DNA from: Frankiaceae bacterium
Lineage (GTDB): Bacteria; Actinomycetota; Actinomycetes; BP-191
Assembly (NCBI GenBank): GCA_035556555.1
Contig: DATMES010000062.1
Span: 1,426 to 65,425, forward strand
Direction: 5' to 3'
DNA: 64,000 bases
Numbering within the stretch: the stretch's first letter is position 1; every line of letters begins with the position of its first letter. Shown here piece after piece: positions 48,661-57,794 of this stretch. Position numbers and translations under genes: made by a program. The notes under the pieces are model-generated. The model had not been told where the DNA came from and did not search any database. It saw only the letters and a program-made list of their open reading frames with translations.

Positions 48661-51525
48661 CTACACGATGACGTACGACACCGGGATGCGCAGTCCGGTG
48701 GACCGCCAGGCCTCCCAGCCGCAGCCGAACGTCTCCGTGTACGAGCCCGGCGCGCGCCCGTTCGCCGCGATCGTGAACGTGAACCGCGCCCGCTCCCCTG
48801 GCCGCACGTCGGTGGCGCCGGCCCGCGAGACGTTCTTGTCGATGGCGGTCGGGCGGCCGGCGTTGATCCACGACGAGTGCGCCGAGCCGGAGCCCTTGAC
48901 GGAGACGCGGACGGCGCTGCCGACGCGCCACGTCGTGTTGCCGGTGTTCTTGACGTCGATGGAGTACGTCGCCGTGCCCCCGGCCGGCACGGAGAGCCCG
49001 GTCGTGTTGCGGGTGACGGTGCCCGCCATGGTCGCGGCCGAGATCGTGACGTCGGCGCCGACCGTGGCGCCGTAGCGGGTGCCGGACGACGCGACCATCG
49101 CGCGGAACCACTCGCCGTACACGCCCGCGGGCTTGTTCGTGGGGTCGATCGGCACGCGGTACTCCGCGACCTCGCCCGGGTGCACCGACGTCACGCCAGG
49201 GCGGGAGACGTTGGCGGCCAGCGGGGTCGCGCGGCGCGAGGTGAGCCAGGACGTCGTACGCAGCGCGTCCTCGCGGCCGTCGGACGTCGCGATGACCTCG
49301 CCGCCGCCGACCGGCCAGGCGTTGCCGCCGAGGTTGCGCACGCGCATGACCATGACGCGCTTGTCGCCCGGGTATGCGAGCAGCGACATCGCCGCGGGCT
49401 GCGACACCTTCTCGCTGACGCGCGACAGCGACGGGTCGACGCGGACGACCTTCAGCGTGACCTGGGAGCCGGCGACCCACGCCCAGCCGGACCACTTCAC
49501 CTCGAACGACTCGGGCCGCAGCCCCACCGTGCGCCCGTTGCCGTTGATCGTGACGGGGAAGATCGCGGTCTGGCCGGGCTTGACGACGGTCGCGCCGGAC
49601 ACGCCTTCGACGGCCGACGCGCGGGCAGCCACCGACTTCGAGGGCCACGTCGAGCCGGCGGACACGCTCTCGCGGCCGCGCGGGTCGGACGTGACGAGCT
49701 GGACGGCGCCCTTGAGCGGCCAGTCGACGTTGCCGGTGTTCTTGACCTTGACCTGCAACGAGGTCGAGCCGGAACGCGGCACGACGACGGTGCCGTCCTT
49801 CCACACCGCGGGCGGCGCGTCGCCCGAGGCGGCTGTGGCGGGGCCTGCCAGCGCGACGACGGACGACGTGAAGACCGGGCGTACGACCGGCACGAACCAG
49901 GCAACCTCGGGCCCGAAGACCGCGCCGCTGCCGATGCGCAGCCGGTAGGCCTGGCGGTACGTCCCCGGGTTGATCCCGTCGGCGTTCAGCGGCACCTCGA
50001 AGCGCGCCGCCTCGCCGGGCTTGACGGAGGTCGCCCCTGGCGTCGTGATGTTGCGGACGTACGCGCCGGGGCGGGTCGAGCCGCCGGCCAGCGGGTCCGC
50101 GGCACCCGCGGGAGACGACACCGCGAGGTGCAGGCCGGACACGGGCCAGGCGATGGAGCCGGTGTTCTTGTAGTGGACGGCGAGCCGCGCGGTCGACGCG
50201 CCGGGGGGCCGGATCAGCGTCGGGGTCGCGCTCTTGCCGACGATCGAGGCGGTGTACGGCGTCTTGATGTGCCACCACGATCCGCGCAGCCCGGTCGACG
50301 AGGCAGGCCAGGTGTGCGCGCCGTAGACGCCGCCGCCGGTGGTGTTGACGTAGGTCGCGGCGCCGGACGAGCTCACGCCCTCCAGGCGGACCTCCTTGAC
50401 GCGGCCGCCCCACTCGCCGTTGCCGTCACGGCGGGTCACGCGGATGCGCAGCAGCCGCCCGACCGCGGGGTACTTCCGCTCCAGCTGCGCCGCCGACAGC
50501 GTCGCGGTCCAGTAGTGCGACGGCGACGCGATCTTGTCCCACGGGTCGGCGCGCGGCGCGAGGTAGGCGAACGACCCCTGCGTCGACCAGCCGCCGTTCG
50601 ACGACGAGAACTCGGCGAAGATCGCCGCGCCGTTGTACGTCCGCACGACGCCCTTGGTGGCGTTGACCGCGCCGGTGGTGCTGGCCTGCTCGAGCTCGTG
50701 CACGGTGCCGCCCGACGTGACGAGCCGGACGCCGCCGTAGACCTGGCACATGATCGTGGAGCAGATGTCGTACGTCGCCGACGACGACACGTGGTCGAGC
50801 TTGTACGTCGAGTACGACCGCGCCGCGATCGCCTGCGCCTTGAGCGCCTCGGCCTTGAACCACGACGGCGACTCGCGGGGGACGACGCCGTAGAGGTACT
50901 GCTCGAGGTCGAGCACGTTGACGACGTTGATGGTCGAGGTGCCGGTCTTCACAGCGCGGAGGACGCCGCGGTACTCGCGCGCCGAGCCGTCGGCGAAGTA
51001 CAGCCGCAGCGGCGCCGTGCCCTCGAACTGCAGCGGCCCCGTCCACGCCGACTTGCCGCCGGTCGCCCAGGTGGTCCAGGAGCCGTTGTACGACTGGATC
51101 CTCTGCCCTGCGCTCGTCTGGATCAGCCGCCAGCGGCTCGGGCCCGCCGGGAGCGTGTAGACGGCGCCGGACGCGCGGTCGCGGACCTCGAGGCCGGACA
51201 CGGCGCGGACGACCACGTCGGTGTGGTCGTCCTCGGAGAGCAGGACGCGGATCGCGCGGGCCGGCTTCGCGGCCTGCGCGGTGCCCGGGTAGTAGTGGTC
51301 GAGGATCGCCGTGTGCAGCACGCCCTGGCGGGCGGCGCCCTCGGCGCCCCACTGGTTCAGGCCGTGGCCGTGTCCCCAGCCGTGCCCCTCGACCTGGAAC
51401 ACGCCGTCCGCGGGACGCGTGTAGACCTCGTCCAGGGCGGTGGCCGGAGAGGCCGGGAGAGTGGCGAGCGTGGCGCCGACGAGGCCGGCGACGAGAGCGG
51501 ACGCGAGGACGCGCACAGCCCTCAT
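48661..51525 (-). CDS. Secreted SpoIID/LytB-domain protein (amidase-enhancer-like) with ~600-aa C-terminal tandem Ig-like beta repeats
   Basis: Start taken at MRAVRVLASALVAGLVGATLA (ATG 51525, SD GAGGAGGG). ...YSTYKL...YDICSTIMCQVYGG is the SpoIID/LytB core. Confidence 0.75.
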   Translation of the reverse strand: MRAVRVLASALVAGLVGATLATLPASPATALDEVYTRPADGVFQVEGHGWGHGHGLNQWGAEGAARQGVLHTAILDHYYPGTAQAAKPARAIRVLLSEDDHTDVVVRAVSGLEVRDRASGAVYTLPAGPSRWRLIQTSAGQRIQSYNGSWTTWATGGKSAWTGPLQFEGTAPLRLYFADGSAREYRGVLRAVKTGTSTINVVNVLDLEQYLYGVVPRESPSWFKAEALKAQAIAARSYSTYKLDHVSSSATYDICSTIMCQVYGGVRLVTSGGTVHELEQASTTGAVNATKGVVRTYNGAAIFAEFSSSNGGWSTQGSFAYLAPRADPWDKIASPSHYWTATLSAAQLERKYPAVGRLLRIRVTRRDGNGEWGGRVKEVRLEGVSSSGAATYVNTTGGGVYGAHTWPASSTGLRGSWWHIKTPYTASIVGKSATPTLIRPPGASTARLAVHYKNTGSIAWPVSGLHLAVSSPAGAADPLAGGSTRPGAYVRNITTPGATSVKPGEAARFEVPLNADGINPGTYRQAYRLRIGSGAVFGPEVAWFVPVVRPVFTSSVVALAGPATAASGDAPPAVWKDGTVVVPRSGSTSLQVKVKNTGNVDWPLKGAVQLVTSDPRGRESVSAGSTWPSKSVAARASAVEGVSGATVVKPGQTAIFPVTINGNGRTVGLRPESFEVKWSGWAWVAGSQVTLKVVRVDPSLSRVSEKVSQPAAMSLLAYPGDKRVMVMRVRNLGGNAWPVGGGEVIATSDGREDALRTTSWLTSRRATPLAANVSRPGVTSVHPGEVAEYRVPIDPTNKPAGVYGEWFRAMVASSGTRYGATVGADVTISAATMAGTVTRNTTGLSVPAGGTATYSIDVKNTGNTTWRVGSAVRVSVKGSGSAHSSWINAGRPTAIDKNVSRAGATDVRPGERARFTFTIAANGRAPGSYTETFGCGWEAWRSTGLRIPVSYVIV

Positions 51526-51535
51526 CGCACCCTCC

Positions 51536-52498
51536 TCAGAGTCGTTCCCGTCGCCCTTTGGTTCCTCGGCGTGTCGTGTTGACATCTTGACCCTGTGTCC
51601 CACGAGTCACAACCGTCACACCGAACCGGACGAAACTACCCATACCCCACACCAGATCGCCAAGAGTCGCCAACAGCCGGGCGAGCAGCGCTATGCCCAG
51701 CGCGGGGCCGGATCCGTACGCCGGCGCCAGCAGCAGCACGAGCGCGCCCTCCCGTACGCCCGCCCCCGCAGGAGCCAGCAGCACGAGGAAGCCCGCGGAC
51801 CAGGCGAGTGCATAGGCGCCCGTGCCCAGCGCGAGCAGGCCTGACGGCGCGCCAGGGAGGTCGCGGGCCACGGCCCAGACGCCGACGCCGTACGCCGCCC
51901 ACTGCGCCACCGACCAGCCGAGCGCCTTGGCAACACCCGGTCCGGAGAGGCCGCGTTCGAGGGGCTCGCGCCGCAGCAGCCGTAACGAAGCCGTCGTGAC
52001 CCGGCGGAACACCGCGGGATGCAGCAGGACGAGCCCGAGCGCGGGGAGCAGGAGGACGTACCGGTAGTCGGAGAGCTCGGCCACCCACGGCAGCGTCGCC
52101 GCCGCGACGAGACCGGCCGCCGTGAGGCCCATGACGATGACGAGCAGCGCGGCGACGCCCGAGCGCTTGCGCGGCACGCCCTTGTCGCGGCCGAGCTCCA
52201 TCTGCGCCGCGACCGACCAGAGGCTCCCAGGGAGGTACTTGCCGAGCTGGCCGAGGAAGAAGATGCCGCCGGCGTCGCGGAGCGACAGCGGCGAGCCGAG
52301 GTCGGCGAGGACCGCGCGCCAGGCGAGCATCGAGCAGTACGTCGCCGCGACCATGGCGACGGCACCGACGCCGAGGCCGGGCAGGGAGACGGCGGCGATG
52401 GTGTCCTCGACCCGCGACCACTGCGACACCGTGGCCGCGACGAGCGCCCCGACGGCGACGACGGCGGCGAGCAGCCGCAGCGCCGAGCGCAACGTCAC
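51536..52498 (-). CDS. Membrane protein, lysylphosphatidylglycerol-synthase-TM/UPF0104-like (flippase-like)
   Basis: GTG 52498 overlaps the upstream GT2 stop (GTGA); 8 TM segments. Motif-level similarity only. Confidence 0.5.
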   Translation of the reverse strand: MTLRSALRLLAAVVAVGALVAATVSQWSRVEDTIAAVSLPGLGVGAVAMVAATYCSMLAWRAVLADLGSPLSLRDAGGIFFLGQLGKYLPGSLWSVAAQMELGRDKGVPRKRSGVAALLVIVMGLTAAGLVAAATLPWVAELSDYRYVLLLPALGLVLLHPAVFRRVTTASLRLLRREPLERGLSGPGVAKALGWSVAQWAAYGVGVWAVARDLPGAPSGLLALGTGAYALAWSAGFLVLLAPAGAGVREGALVLLLAPAYGSGPALGIALLARLLATLGDLVWGMGSFVRFGVTVVTRGTQGQDVNTTRRGTKGRRERL

Positions 52499-53409
52499 GC
52501 GCGCGGTCTGGACCGGACGATGAGGTCGCCGATCAGCGCCAGCGCCGCGATCTGCAGGCCGGTCACGACGACGAGCACGGTCGTCCCCGCGATACGGAAC
52601 GGGTGCGCGATGAGGTCGTACGCGATCTTCCCCACGCCCAGCGCGAGGATCCACAGCGCCAGCGGCATGAGCACCTTGAGCGGGTTGAAGTACATGACCA
52701 TGCGCAGCACCTGGAGGATGTAGCGGTAGGCGTCCTTCGTGAAGTGGAACTTGCTCTGCCCCGCGCGCTTCGCGTAGTCGATGGGGACGTACTGCACCTC
52801 GTGCGCGTTCGCGAGGAACGACACCGTCAGCGTCGTCACGCACGAGAACCCCGGTGGCAGCAGCGGCAGGTAGGGCAGCGCGATCTCGCGGCGGAACACC
52901 CGCAGCCCGCTGTTGAGGTCGGGGATCTTCGTGCCGGTGAGGCGTTCGGCGATCTTGCGGATCACCCACTTGGCCGGCACCCGGAGGAACTTGTACGTCC
53001 CCTCCTCCGTCTTGCGCGCGCCGACCACCTGGTCGTACGACGGGTCCGCGTCGAGCGTCGTGACGAGCTCGGGGATGCGCTCGTTCGGGTACGTCATGTC
53101 GGCGTCGGTCCACGCGACGTAGCGGCCGCGGGCGTTCTGGCTGCCGATCCGCCGGATCGTGCCGGAGCCGCCGTTGCGCGCTCTCGGGAAGTAGCGCAGG
53201 TTCGCGAAGCGGCCGGACTCGGCGATCTTCGCGAGCAGCTCGCGCGTGCCGTCGGAGGAGCAGTCGTCGTAGACGTCGAGGTCGTACGTGTAGGGGCTGT
53301 CGTCCAGCGCCGCGGCGATGCGCTCGATCTCGGCCTCGACGTGGCCGACCTCGTTGTAGCAGGGGAGGACGACGGTGACGTCGACGGCTTCCGTTACGGC
53401 GGGGCTCAC
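52495..53409 (-). CDS. GT2 polyprenyl-phosphate glycosyltransferase (Ppm1/GtrB/ArnC-like) with C-terminal TM helices
   Basis: VDVTVVLPCYNE...DVYDDCSSDGT...DADMTYP (DxD), then two TM. Confidence 0.8.
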   Translation of the reverse strand: MSPAVTEAVDVTVVLPCYNEVGHVEAEIERIAAALDDSPYTYDLDVYDDCSSDGTRELLAKIAESGRFANLRYFPRARNGGSGTIRRIGSQNARGRYVAWTDADMTYPNERIPELVTTLDADPSYDQVVGARKTEEGTYKFLRVPAKWVIRKIAERLTGTKIPDLNSGLRVFRREIALPYLPLLPPGFSCVTTLTVSFLANAHEVQYVPIDYAKRAGQSKFHFTKDAYRYILQVLRMVMYFNPLKVLMPLALWILALGVGKIAYDLIAHPFRIAGTTVLVVVTGLQIAALALIGDLIVRSRPRA

Positions 53410-53420
53410 GGCGCGCAAGC

Positions 53421-55403
53421 CTACGGCACGCGGTAGACCGTGAAGTCGTACCGCACCGTCCGCGCCCCGTCGGGGCGTTCCAGCTCGGCCTCCTCCCAGA
53501 ACGGCATCTCCCCCGTCAGCCGCACCACCGTCTCGAGTCCGAGCGGGGCCAGCTCCGGCGGGAGCGTGGCGCCGTTCCAGACGACGAAGACGGGGTCGCC
53601 GCTGAACGCCTCGCGGTACTCCCGCACGTAGCCGGGGACGGCCGCCGGCTCGGGCGGGAGGAGGACGGAGAGCTCGTCGTGCGCGAGCCAGACGGGCCCC
53701 GACCAGAGCAGGGAGGGCGAGGAGCAGCAGCCGCCCTTCTGCCAGAGGTAGACGCCCCGCTGGTCGCCGGAGAGAGCGGAGACGCGGTCGGCGACGGCGA
53801 GGCTCCCCCGCCACTCGTCGTGGCCGCGCAGCGGCAGCGACTGGCCGAGGTAGACGGCGGTGAGTGCCGCTGCCACCGCCACGGCAGGGACGCGGAGCGG
53901 GCGCCGGTCGCGCCACCGCCACGCGAAGCCCGCGGCCAGCGCCAGCGCGGCCAGCGCGAGGAGTCCTGGGAGGACGTGCGGGACGTACCGCCGCCCCCAC
54001 CACATCAGCCGCGCCGCGACGCGCGCCTCGTACGCGTAGAGCACCGTCAGCGCCAGCGTCGGCAGCAGCAGCGCCCACGCGGCCGTACGCCATCTCCTGA
54101 GGGTCACCACCGCGACGCCGATCCCCGCCAGCGCGAACGCCGGCAGCGTCAAGAACCACGCCAGCCGGTGCAGGTTGCGTTCGTCGTAGGAGCGCAGTCT
54201 GCGGCCCTGGAACGTGAGGTACGACTCCCCCAGCAGCGGCCGCAGGAAGCCCACGACGAGCAGCCCGAGGACGACCGCGCAGACCGCGAGCCCGACCCGC
54301 CTCTGCACGCGCGCGTTGGCGCCCCAGCCGACGACCGCCGCTGCCGGCCGGGCGAGCAGCGCCCTCCCGGCCACCGCTCCGACCACGGCGAGCATCAGCA
54401 GCGCGACGGTCCTCTCGAGCCCGGGCACGCCGTTGTCGACGGTGTAGCGGAGGGCGGCGTCGTACGCCTGCCACAGCGCGTACGGCAGCACGACCGCGAG
54501 CCCGGCCGCGGCGGCGAGCGTCTCGCCGTCGGCGCGGCGGGAGACCCACAGCGCGCCGAGTGTCGCGGCCGTGAGCATGACCAGCAGCCACGAGTCCGCG
54601 CGGTTGAGAAAGCTGACCCCCACCAGGACGCCGGCGAGTGCGGCGGCGGGGCGCCAGCGCTCCTGCGCCGCGATCGCCACCGCGAGCAGCGCGCCCACGA
54701 ACAGCGCCTGCGCGAACGCCTCCGTCGACGGGTACTTCGCCTGCCAGACCTGCAGCATGTTCGTGGCGAGCAGCACCCCGCCGAACGCCGCCGCCGCCAC
54801 TCCCCCGACCCGCCGCAGCAAGGCGGCCAGCGCCAGCACGCCGACGACCGCGGCGAACGGCGCGAGGCCGGTGACGGCGCCGTACCCGCCGATGTCGTAC
54901 GCCGTGGCGAGCAGCGCCGGCCAGAGGTGGAAGAACTGCGGCACGATCCGCCCGGTCTCGGCGTCGTCGACCCACATCGCGGGGACGCGCGCCTTGTCGT
55001 TCTCCCAGACGACCGGCAGCGTCGGGTGCGCGAGGGCGGGGTCGGTGAAGGCGTACGACCCGTGGTCGGCTATCTGGACGGCGTGCGCGACGTAGTTGCC
55101 GGGGTCCTTGTCGCCGACGCCGTACGGGAAGCCTGGGAAGAACATGACGGCCGCCACGAGCCCGCAGCCGAGGACGACGAGGAGGCCGTTGCGATCAGCG
55201 GTGACACGGACGCGGCGGGCGCCGTAGGCCATCGCCGCGAGCACCAGCAGGGACGTCAGGAGGACGGCGGGGAGGGAGTGCGCGCCGAGGTGCGCGTACG
55301 CGAGCGAGACGGTCGCGACGACGGCGAGGACCGCGACGGGGACGACCGCGACGGCGTCCGTCAGGGTCGGCGCGGGGGCGCGCGCCGGTCGGGTGTCCGC
55401 CAT
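53421..55403 (-). CDS. Large polytopic membrane protein with C-terminal extracytoplasmic domain; GT-C-like glycosyltransferase/polymerase candidate
   Basis: Start at MADTRPARAP (ATG 55403); ~14 TM helices followed by a ~130-aa soluble tail. The upstream part of the tool ORF looks non-coding. Confidence 0.5.
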   Translation of the reverse strand: MADTRPARAPAPTLTDAVAVVPVAVLAVVATVSLAYAHLGAHSLPAVLLTSLLVLAAMAYGARRVRVTADRNGLLVVLGCGLVAAVMFFPGFPYGVGDKDPGNYVAHAVQIADHGSYAFTDPALAHPTLPVVWENDKARVPAMWVDDAETGRIVPQFFHLWPALLATAYDIGGYGAVTGLAPFAAVVGVLALAALLRRVGGVAAAAFGGVLLATNMLQVWQAKYPSTEAFAQALFVGALLAVAIAAQERWRPAAALAGVLVGVSFLNRADSWLLVMLTAATLGALWVSRRADGETLAAAAGLAVVLPYALWQAYDAALRYTVDNGVPGLERTVALLMLAVVGAVAGRALLARPAAAVVGWGANARVQRRVGLAVCAVVLGLLVVGFLRPLLGESYLTFQGRRLRSYDERNLHRLAWFLTLPAFALAGIGVAVVTLRRWRTAAWALLLPTLALTVLYAYEARVAARLMWWGRRYVPHVLPGLLALAALALAAGFAWRWRDRRPLRVPAVAVAAALTAVYLGQSLPLRGHDEWRGSLAVADRVSALSGDQRGVYLWQKGGCCSSPSLLWSGPVWLAHDELSVLLPPEPAAVPGYVREYREAFSGDPVFVVWNGATLPPELAPLGLETVVRLTGEMPFWEEAELERPDGARTVRYDFTVYRVP

Positions 55404-55489
55404 CGCGGCCGAGCATAACGGCGCCCGACCTGACCGCCGCCCACGCCCTGCTCCACCCCCGCCCCACCCCCGCCCCGACCCCGCTCCAC

Positions 55490-55522
55490 CCGTTCTTTGA
55501 TGATCACCACGCGCGAGACCGG
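55490..55522. repeat. 33-bp T-element copy (reverse orientation): ccgttctttgatgatcaccacgcgcgagaccgg
   Basis: Reverse complement of ccggtctcgcgcgtggtgatcttcaaagaacgg at 61703-61735 and of the variant at 44023-44055. Confidence 0.65.
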
Positions 55523-55626
55523 CGTACCGGGTGCAGAGAACGAGCGGGCCGCGCGGCACGGCGACGGCCGCGGGCGCCGTCTGGCCCGGTCGGGCGGAGA
55601 CCCCGCGCGCCCGTATCATCGCCGCC

Positions 55627-56484
55627 ATGACCGCAGCGACCGAGGCTCGCGCGACGGCGCAGTCCCGGCTCAGGTGGGAGCTGCTCGTCGGGCTGGTCCG
55701 CAAGGACCTCAAGGTGAAGTACCAGAGCAGCGCGCTGGGCTTCGTCTGGTCGCTGGCGACCCCGCTGCTGCTGCTCGCCGTGTACTACCTCGTGTTCTCG
55801 TTCATCCTGCGCAACGGCGTCCCGAACTTCGCCGTCTACCTCATGGCCGGCCTGCTGCCGTGGAACGCGTTCTCCTCCAGCCTGGCCTTTGGATCAGGGA
55901 GCGTCGTCGGCAACGCGAACCTCGTGAAGAAGGTCCGCTTCCCCACCTCGGTCCTGCCGCTCTCTGCGGTGGGGTACGCCGCCGTGCACTTCGTCCTGCA
56001 GATGGGCGTGTTCTTCGTCTTCCTGCTGTTCTTCCACCGGGCGGCGTTCGGCCCTCAGCTCGTCCTGCTGATCCCCGCGCTGGCGGTCCTCATCGTCTTC
56101 GCGACCGGGCTCGGGATGCTCGTCGCGGCGCTGACCGTGCGCTACCGCGACGTCCAGCACCTGCTCGAGGTCGTCCTCCTCGCGTGGTTCTGGCTCAACC
56201 CCGTGATCTACGGGATGTTCCTCGTCCGCGAGCGCCTCGGGGACCTGTACTGGCTCTACTTCCTCAACCCGATGGCGGGCGTCATCACGGCGTTCCAGCG
56301 GGCGCTGTACGCCAACACCGACGTCGACCTGCCCGGCAGAGGGCCGACGCAGGTGCTCGCGTACCGCGGCTACAAGGGCTACCTGATCCAGCTCGCGGTC
56401 GGTGGCGCGATCGCGCTCGTGACGTTCGCCATCGGGCTGACGGTGTTCCGCCGGATGCGCGGCGACTTCGCCGAGGACCTCTAG
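55627..56484 (+). CDS. wzm: ABC-2 type polysaccharide exporter permease (Wzm/TagG-like)
   Basis: ...LGFVWSLATPLLLLAVYYLVFSFIL...; 6 TM. Alternative start at 55531 (tool), which would overlap the T-element. Confidence 0.8.
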   Translation: MTAATEARATAQSRLRWELLVGLVRKDLKVKYQSSALGFVWSLATPLLLLAVYYLVFSFILRNGVPNFAVYLMAGLLPWNAFSSSLAFGSGSVVGNANLVKKVRFPTSVLPLSAVGYAAVHFVLQMGVFFVFLLFFHRAAFGPQLVLLIPALAVLIVFATGLGMLVAALTVRYRDVQHLLEVVLLAWFWLNPVIYGMFLVRERLGDLYWLYFLNPMAGVITAFQRALYANTDVDLPGRGPTQVLAYRGYKGYLIQLAVGGAIALVTFAIGLTVFRRMRGDFAEDL

Positions 56485-56513
56485 ATGACCCGCCCCGCCC
56501 CCGCGACCCGGAA

Positions 56514-56582
56514 GTTACTGGTGAGTACCGACGCGCGCCACGCGCGAACTGGTGAACCACGACGTCGCTACTCACCAGTAAC
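56514..56582. promoter_or_regulatory. Intercistronic stem-loop between wzm and wzt: perfect 14-bp arms GTTACTGGTGAGTA / TACTCACCAGTAAC with a 41-nt loop containing cgcgcgccacgcgcg
   Basis: Read directly in the 125-nt gap. Confidence 0.45.
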
Positions 56583-56609
56583 CTCCGCTCGGCGCCCGGG
56601 GGGCGCGGC

Positions 56610-57794
56610 ATGAGCGCCCCGGCGATCTCGGCGCGCGGCGTCTCCAAGCGGTTCCTCATCCACCGCAAGCGCGCCACGAGCCTCAAGGAGCGGTTCATCC
56701 GCCGGCACCAGGAGGCGGAGGAGTTCTGGGCCGTACGCGACCTCACCATCGACATCGAACGCGGCGAGACCGTCGGCCTCATCGGCGCCAACGGCTCCGG
56801 CAAGTCCACGACGCTGAAGATCCTCGCCGGCATCCTCCAGCCGACCACCGGCAGCGTCACCGTCAACGGCCGCATCGCGAGCCTGCTGGAGCTCGGCGCC
56901 GGATTCAACGGCGAGCTGTCAGGCCGCGACAACATCTACCTGAACGCCTCCCTCCTCGGCCTGTCGAAGAAGGAGGTCGACAAGCACTTCGACGCGATCG
57001 TCGACTTCAGCGAGCTGGCGCCGTTCATCGACAACCAGGTCAAGAACTACTCCTCCGGCATGTACGTCCGCCTCGGCTTCGCCGTCGCCGTGCACATCGA
57101 CCCCGACATCCTGCTGGTGGACGAGGTGCTGGCGGTCGGCGACGAGGCGTTCCAGGAGAAGTGCCTGCGCAAGATCGAGGAGTTCCAGCGCGAGGGGCGC
57201 ACGATCCTGCTCGTCAGCCACTCGCTCGACCTCGTCGAGAAGATCTGCACGCGCTCCGTCGTGCTCGACCACGGGCGGGTGCGCTTCGCGGGCGACCCGG
57301 CGTTCGCGACCGGCGAGCTGCGCGGCATCCTCGGCACCGCCAAGCACCAGCCCAAGGTCATCGAGGAGGACACGACGCCGCGCGGGGTCGCGTTCCACGG
57401 CGCGCGCGTCTCGGACACACCGGGCGGCGAGCCGCGCAACGGCTTCTTCGGCGGCGGCCCCTGGTCCGTACGCCTCGACATCGAGGTGCTCACGAACGAG
57501 CCCACCGGCGGCCAGGTCACCTGCGTCGTCCTCGGCGCCGGCGACATCCCGATCTGGGTCATGGGCCAGGACGGCAGCGCCGTCATCCCGCCGGTGCCAG
57601 GGCGTTACACCGTGGACTTCGAGGTGCCGTCGCTGCCACCGGTCGTGGGGACGTTCATCCTCGCCGTCGGCATCACCGACCCGGAGACCGAGGTGATGTT
57701 CGCGGCGACGCGGTTCACGGACACGTTCGACATCCGCGGCAACGCCGCCCCCGGCATCGTCGAGGCGCGTTACACGACGCGGGTGACGACGTGA
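56610..57794 (+). CDS. wzt: ABC transporter ATP-binding protein (Wzt/TagH-like) with ~150-aa C-terminal extension (possible glycan-binding domain)
   Basis: Walker A GANGSGKST, signature LSGGM-like, Walker B ILLVDE. Confidence 0.85.
   Translation: MSAPAISARGVSKRFLIHRKRATSLKERFIRRHQEAEEFWAVRDLTIDIERGETVGLIGANGSGKSTTLKILAGILQPTTGSVTVNGRIASLLELGAGFNGELSGRDNIYLNASLLGLSKKEVDKHFDAIVDFSELAPFIDNQVKNYSSGMYVRLGFAVAVHIDPDILLVDEVLAVGDEAFQEKCLRKIEEFQREGRTILLVSHSLDLVEKICTRSVVLDHGRVRFAGDPAFATGELRGILGTAKHQPKVIEEDTTPRGVAFHGARVSDTPGGEPRNGFFGGGPWSVRLDIEVLTNEPTGGQVTCVVLGAGDIPIWVMGQDGSAVIPPVPGRYTVDFEVPSLPPVVGTFILAVGITDPETEVMFAATRFTDTFDIRGNAAPGIVEARYTTRVTT

Noticed and set aside
47626-51582. 1318-aa plus-strand ORF across the GT4 and SpoIID genes
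   Set aside because: Wrong-frame antisense ORF. Real genes on the minus strand have clear GT4 and SpoIID motifs.
55441-55480. C-rich stretch as a possible actinobacterial 6C sRNA
   Set aside because: 6C RNA has two hairpins with C-rich loops. Here it is a linear poly-C/G tract without the flanking stems, so it is better explained as a G-tract leader on the minus strand.
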